Assembly (NCBI GenBank): GCA_017889745.1
Contig: JAGGAG010000002.1
Span: 1-44,858, forward strand
DNA length: 44,858 nt
DNA from: Gemmatimonadota bacterium
Lineage (GTDB): Bacteria; Gemmatimonadota; Gemmatimonadetes; Gemmatimonadales; GWC2-71-9
Direction of reading: 5' to 3'
The position numbers were made by a program, and so were the translations under genes. The notes below the pieces were generated by a model. The model made no database searches and had not been told where the DNA came from. It was given only the letters and a program-made list of their open reading frames with translations. Below are positions 40,598 to 44,858 of the stretch, one piece after another (positions within the stretch are counted from its first letter, which is position 1; every line of letters begins with the position of its first letter).

Positions 40598-43357
40598 GTG
40601 ACCGCAACGGACCCGGTTCCCGAGGCCGTTCCGGCACCTCGGATGGTGCTCTGGCCGCTCGTCGTCGTGGCCGTGCTCCTCGCGGGGGCCGCTGCCTGGC
40701 ATGCCCAGGCGGTCGACGTGAACCTCCGGGGCGCGGCGCGTCTGGCCGTCGTGCTCGCCCCGGGCGCCATCGCCCTGCTCTGGTCACTGGTGGCGTACGC
40801 GCTCGCATTCCGGCCGCCATTCCCGCAGGTCCCCGCGCGCTGGTGGCTCGTTGCGCTGGCTGGCCTGTGCCAGGCGCTGGGGTTCGTCATCTTCGCCTTC
40901 CGGGACCAGACCCCGAACATCCGGCTTCCCGGCCCTGCCGCCGAGGCGGTGAGCCTGGCGATGCAGCTCTGCTTCATCGTGGTGCAGCCGCTGGTCATCG
41001 TCGGCCTGGCGGCATTCCCCTCCACCGAACTGGGCCGCCTCGCGCGCCGTCGCTACCTCCTCGACGCGACGATCATCGCGCTGAGCGGCGCGCTCGTGCT
41101 GTGGGCGGTATCGAGCCAGCGCGCGGCCCTGGTGGGTAGCGACCGACCCTCGGTGCTGCAGGTGGTCTACGCTGTGGGCGACCTGCTGGTGCTCTTCACG
41201 CTCGCCACGCATCTCTTCCGGCTTTCTCCCCGCCTTCCCCTCTGGCAGGGCCTGGCGCTGCTCACGCTGGGCGCCGGGCTGCTCCTGCTCACCAACAGCT
41301 GGGTGCCAAACCAGCCTGCCGCGGCGTCGCTGCGCGGCGCCATGCCGCACGAGCGAACCTTCTACGCCGAGCTCGTGATCGTCGCGGGGCTGGCGTACCT
41401 GTGGGTGTGTGCCGGCGCACAGGGTCCGCCCTCGACCGCCGAGCGGCGCGCCACCGGGGTTGGGCTGGTGTCCTTCGGGGCGCTGGCCGCGGGCTACGTG
41501 CTCCTCGCCGTGGTGGCGAGCCGGAGCGAGTCGAGGCTCGTCATCGGCCTCACCATCGGCGCCGCGGTGCTCACCGCGGTGGTAGTGCTGCGCCAGATCG
41601 TCACGGTGCGCGAGAACCTCAATCACGAGGCCCAGCGCACCCGCCGCAGCGTGGAGGAACGGTTCGAGTCGCTGGTCGCCAACGCGTCAGAAGCAATCGT
41701 GGTGGTGGACCGGGACGGCACCGTGCTGTACTCCAGCCCCTCGGTGCATCGCCTGCTCGGCCTGGTGCCCGAAGACGTCATCGGGCGGCCGTTCGATTCG
41801 CTTCTGCATCCCGACGAATCGGTGTCCGCGCGGACGTTCCTGCACGAGCTGCTCGGCCGCCCCTGGGGCAGCACGGTGCGCTCCTGGCGACTGCGCCGCG
41901 CCGACGGCGGGTGGGCCTGGGGTGAGACGACGGCGACCAACCTGCTCGCCGATCCCAACGTGCGCGGCATCGTCCTCAACACGCGCGACATTACCGAGCG
42001 GCGCGAACTGGAACAGCGCCTCACGCACCAGGCGATGCACGACGGGCTCACCGGGCTGGCCAACCGCGTGCTCCTGCGAAGTCGCCTGGAGCAGGCGCTG
42101 CGCCGCCCCCGGCCGGGCGCCCTGCCGCCGGCGCTGCTCTTCCTCGACCTCGACGGGTTCAAGGGTGTCAACGACACCTTCGGCCACGCGCAGGGCGATG
42201 CGCTGCTCATCGCGGCGGCCACGCGGCTTCGCGAACAGGTGGGAGCGCAGGACGTCGTGGCCCGCCTGGGCGGCGACGAGTTCGCCGTGCTGCTCGAGTC
42301 GCCGCGCGACCGGCAGGCGGTGCTCGACATCGCCCAGCGCATCACCTCCGCGCTCAAGGTGCCGTTCCGGGTGTTCGGCCGCGAAACCGCCGGGTCGGCG
42401 AGCCTCGGCATCGCGATCGCGGAGCCGATCGATTCCGCCGGCGACGTGCTGCGCCATGCCGATGTGGCGATGTACCTCGCCAAGGCGAACGGGCGTGGCC
42501 GCTATGAACTGTTCGAGCCGCGCATGCTCGAGTCGGTGGTGGGACGGCTGGGCCTGCAGTCCGACCTGCGCCGGGCACTCGATGATCCCGAGAGCCGCGA
42601 GTTCCTCCTCGACTACCAGCCGATCATGGAGCTGGCGACCCAGCGGGTGGTGGGCGTCGAGGCGCTGATCCGCTGGGATCATCCGGTACAGGGGCGCATC
42701 ACGCCGGCGGTTTTCGTGCCCCTGGCCGAGGAGACCGGGCTCATCATTCCGCTTGGGCGCCGCGCCCTGCACCTGGCGTGCAGCGACTCAGCGCCGTGGG
42801 TGCGCGAGTACCCCGGCATGCACGTGACGGTGAACCTCTCCGCGCGGCAGTTGCCCGACCCGGCGCTCGCGTCGGAGGTCTCCGACGCTCTCGCGAGGTC
42901 GGGCCTGCCGCCCGCATCGCTGGTGCTCGAGCTCACCGAGAGCGCCATCATGCAGCAGCCCGAGCGCTCGGCCCAGGTGTTCCGGGAACTGCGCGGGCTC
43001 GGGGTGCGGCTGGCGATCGACGACTTCGGCACCGGCTACTCGTCGTTGAGCTACCTGCAGCAGCTGCCGGCCGCGATCCTCAAGATCGACCGCTCGTTCC
43101 TCACCTCGCTCGACCAGGGGCCCAACGGGGCCACGCTGGTGCGCGGCATCATCGGCCTCGCGAACGGGCTCGGGCTGATCACCGTGGCCGAGGGCATCGA
43201 GACCGAGGAACAGGCGACAATCCTCCGCGCGCTCGGCTGCAGCTGCGGGCAGGGACTGCTGTTCTCGCCGCCGCTGCCCGCATCCGAGGTGAGCCACTGG
43301 CTCGACGATGCCGCGGTGATCAGTGCGTCTGGAGGAGCTCGCGTACTCGGCCGGTAG
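40598..43357 (+). CDS. membrane sensor PAS-GGDEF-EAL protein
   Basis: About 300 aa N-terminal multi-TM region, then a PAS-like segment (EAIVVVDRDGTVLYSSPS...). GGDEF (RLGGDEFAVLL). EAL (GVEALIRW, DDFGTGYSSL). GTG start at 40598, with an alternative ATG at 40643. Confidence 0.9.
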   Translation: MTATDPVPEAVPAPRMVLWPLVVVAVLLAGAAAWHAQAVDVNLRGAARLAVVLAPGAIALLWSLVAYALAFRPPFPQVPARWWLVALAGLCQALGFVIFAFRDQTPNIRLPGPAAEAVSLAMQLCFIVVQPLVIVGLAAFPSTELGRLARRRYLLDATIIALSGALVLWAVSSQRAALVGSDRPSVLQVVYAVGDLLVLFTLATHLFRLSPRLPLWQGLALLTLGAGLLLLTNSWVPNQPAAASLRGAMPHERTFYAELVIVAGLAYLWVCAGAQGPPSTAERRATGVGLVSFGALAAGYVLLAVVASRSESRLVIGLTIGAAVLTAVVVLRQIVTVRENLNHEAQRTRRSVEERFESLVANASEAIVVVDRDGTVLYSSPSVHRLLGLVPEDVIGRPFDSLLHPDESVSARTFLHELLGRPWGSTVRSWRLRRADGGWAWGETTATNLLADPNVRGIVLNTRDITERRELEQRLTHQAMHDGLTGLANRVLLRSRLEQALRRPRPGALPPALLFLDLDGFKGVNDTFGHAQGDALLIAAATRLREQVGAQDVVARLGGDEFAVLLESPRDRQAVLDIAQRITSALKVPFRVFGRETAGSASLGIAIAEPIDSAGDVLRHADVAMYLAKANGRGRYELFEPRMLESVVGRLGLQSDLRRALDDPESREFLLDYQPIMELATQRVVGVEALIRWDHPVQGRITPAVFVPLAEETGLIIPLGRRALHLACSDSAPWVREYPGMHVTVNLSARQLPDPALASEVSDALARSGLPPASLVLELTESAIMQQPERSAQVFRELRGLGVRLAIDDFGTGYSSLSYLQQLPAAILKIDRSFLTSLDQGPNGATLVRGIIGLANGLGLITVAEGIETEEQATILRALGCSCGQGLLFSPPLPASEVSHWLDDAAVISASGGARVLGR

Positions 43358-43391
43358 CATTCTCAACCCTCAACCCGCGCCCCTGGACCTC

Positions 43392-44123
43392 ATGGACAAC
43401 GACGACATCCTCCGCGGAACGCTGCTCTCGCGCCGCGAGATCCTCGCCATCATGGGCGCCAGTGGCGCGGTGTTCTTCCTTGGCGGCCCCGTCCCGGGCC
43501 TGGCCGACGCCGGTGCCGGCCGCATCCCCGGTTGCGTGGTGCGGCCGGAGATGACCGAGGGGCCCTACTTCGTCGACGAGAAGCTCAACCGCTCGGACAT
43601 CAGGAGCGATCCGTCCGACGGAGCGCTGAGCACCGGCGCGCTGCTGGCCCTCACCTTCAACATTTCGCGGCTGACGAAGTCCTGCGCCCCGCTGCCGGGG
43701 GCGATCGTGGACGTGTGGCAGTGTGATGCGGCGGGCGTGTACTCCGACGTGAAGGATCCGCTGTTCGACACGCTGGGAAGGAAATTCCTGCGGGGCTACC
43801 AGGTCACCGATGGCAATGGCATGGCGAAGTTCATCACCGTCTATCCGGGCTGGTATCCGTCGCGCACCGTGCACATCCATTTCAAGGTGCGCTCACCCGT
43901 CTCGGCCACGTCGGCGTACGAATTCACCTCACAACTGTTCTTCGACGACCGGTTCACCGACACGGTCTTCACTCGTCCGCCCTACGCACGCAGGGGTATC
44001 CGCAAGGTGCTCAACTCAGGGGACCGGATCTATCAGCAGGGGGGGTCGCAACTGGTGCTGGCAGTGCGGGAGGCGGGCGAGGGGTACGAGGCGACGTTCG
44101 ATGTTGCGCTGCAGGGCGTTTAG
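43392..44123 (+). CDS. Tat-exported intradiol ring-cleavage dioxygenase family protein
   Basis: ORF trimmed to the ATG at 43392. Twin-arginine signal SRREILAIMGASGAVFF. VDVWQCDAAGVYS and YPGWYPSRTVHIHFKV are typical of the family. Confidence 0.8.
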   Translation: MDNDDILRGTLLSRREILAIMGASGAVFFLGGPVPGLADAGAGRIPGCVVRPEMTEGPYFVDEKLNRSDIRSDPSDGALSTGALLALTFNISRLTKSCAPLPGAIVDVWQCDAAGVYSDVKDPLFDTLGRKFLRGYQVTDGNGMAKFITVYPGWYPSRTVHIHFKVRSPVSATSAYEFTSQLFFDDRFTDTVFTRPPYARRGIRKVLNSGDRIYQQGGSQLVLAVREAGEGYEATFDVALQGV

Positions 44124-44719
44124 AAGAGGCTTCGCACCCAGGCTGCCGGCACCTTCCACGACTCGGCCATGAGGTACTCCAGCTCGCGCCGCGGGTTCTC
44201 CGAGATGGGACTGGTGGTGGTGGGCGAGAGAAAGGCCGTAATGCCGGTGCGGCGGGCTTCGGCGCGCAGCCGCGCCATGTGGAACGGGTCGCTCACCAGG
44301 ATCACCGTATTCACCTTCGCCTTCCTGGCCCAGGCGGCCACCGCCGTCATCGACTCGCCCGTGGAGCGCCCCTCCGCCTCGAGCACCACGGCCGCGGCCG
44401 GCACGCCGCGCGCCGTGAGGTAGCGCTTGCCCACCTTCGCTTCACTCTCCACGTCACCCCGTCCCACACCGCCCGTCACCACGATGCGCGGTGCGAGATC
44501 GGCGCGATAGAGCGTGAGTGCGTGGTCGAGCCGTGCCTGCAGCACCGGTGACGGCCGCCCGTTGTACTGGGCTGCGCCCAGCACCACGATCGCGTCGGCC
44601 GGCCGGCGCTCGTCTACCGTGGCGGTGGTGAGCACCACGACGAACGCCGCGACGAGAGCTGCCGCGGCGAGCAGCGCCAGGCCGAGCAGCGCGCGGGCCG
44701 AGCAGCGAATGAGTTTCAT
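44120..44719 (-). CDS. YdcF/DUF218 family membrane-anchored protein
   Basis: N-terminal TM. AIVVLGAAQYNGRPSPVLQARLDHALTLYR...IVVTGG...ILVSDPFHMAR is typical of DUF218. Confidence 0.8.
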   Translation of the reverse strand: MKLIRCSARALLGLALLAAAALVAAFVVVLTTATVDERRPADAIVVLGAAQYNGRPSPVLQARLDHALTLYRADLAPRIVVTGGVGRGDVESEAKVGKRYLTARGVPAAAVVLEAEGRSTGESMTAVAAWARKAKVNTVILVSDPFHMARLRAEARRTGITAFLSPTTTSPISENPRRELEYLMAESWKVPAAWVRSLF

Positions 44720-44743
44720 GCTGGCGAAGGAACGGGGGCCGGC

Positions 44744-44858
44744 TCAGAGCGCGTAGGTGTCACCCTGCTCCGGAACGTGGACCTCGCGCACTCCCTCGTC
44801 CCGCAGGAGGTTGGCCATGGCGCCGAGCGCCGGGGCCTCGCCGTGCACCACGAACGCC
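44744..44858 (-). CDS. C-terminal fragment of an MBL-fold/beta-CASP-like hydrolase (partial, runs off the window)
   Basis: The minus strand reads ...AFVVHGEAPALGAMANLLRDEGVREVHVPEQGDTYAL*. This resembles the C-terminal tail of MBL-fold RNA-metabolising hydrolases. Only 38 codons are visible. Confidence 0.5.
   Translation of the reverse strand, partial: AFVVHGEAPALGAMANLLRDEGVREVHVPEQGDTYAL

Noticed and set aside
1-44858. Search by eye for tRNA, rRNA, tmRNA, transposase/integrase genes, toxin-antitoxin pairs or known defence-system genes
   Set aside because: Nothing was found. No T-loop or anticodon-arm-like cloverleaf stood out, and no protein translation showed transposase, integrase, Cas, restriction-modification or abortive-infection hallmarks. 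A proper tRNAscan, Infernal and defence-finder run would be needed to be certain.

Overview
High-GC chromosomal window from a Gram-negative bacterium. It is core-genome and origin-proximal, not an accessory island. My guess is Gemmatimonadota or a similar lineage, based only on gene content and composition; no search was run. It holds the classic dnaN-dnaA <> rpmH-rnpA-yidD-yidC cluster, with a perfect DnaA box inside back-to-back promoters. Housekeeping genes include polA, pyrE, ddl, mutS, holA, hrpB, mtgA, cystathionine beta-synthase and an RNase P RNA (rnpB). Signalling genes include two Hanks Ser/Thr kinases, an AraC regulator with a degenerate receiver, an ECF sigma factor and a PAS-GGDEF-EAL protein. 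There are also several secreted or outer-membrane proteins of unknown function. I saw no tRNA, rRNA, CRISPR array, transposase, integrase or recognisable defence system. Three things merit a second look. (1) At 609-2571, an outer-membrane beta-barrel protein carries a single N-terminal CXXCH heme motif, the architecture of Cyc2-type fused cytochrome-porins. It is divergently paired with a periplasmic monoheme cytochrome c. (2) Four intergenic palindromes are built from tandem GTRAACR heptads. Each sits within 10 nt of a gene stop codon or overlaps it, and three of the four lie within 15 nt upstream of the next gene or RNA. I do not recognise them as a named repeat family. (3) A decayed tandem paralog of an outer-membrane barrel gene, and a translationally coupled holA-SPOR-mutS unit. 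All protein identifications come from motifs recognised by eye in the supplied translations. Many long ORFs in the track are antisense shadow ORFs typical of high-GC DNA, and I rejected them.
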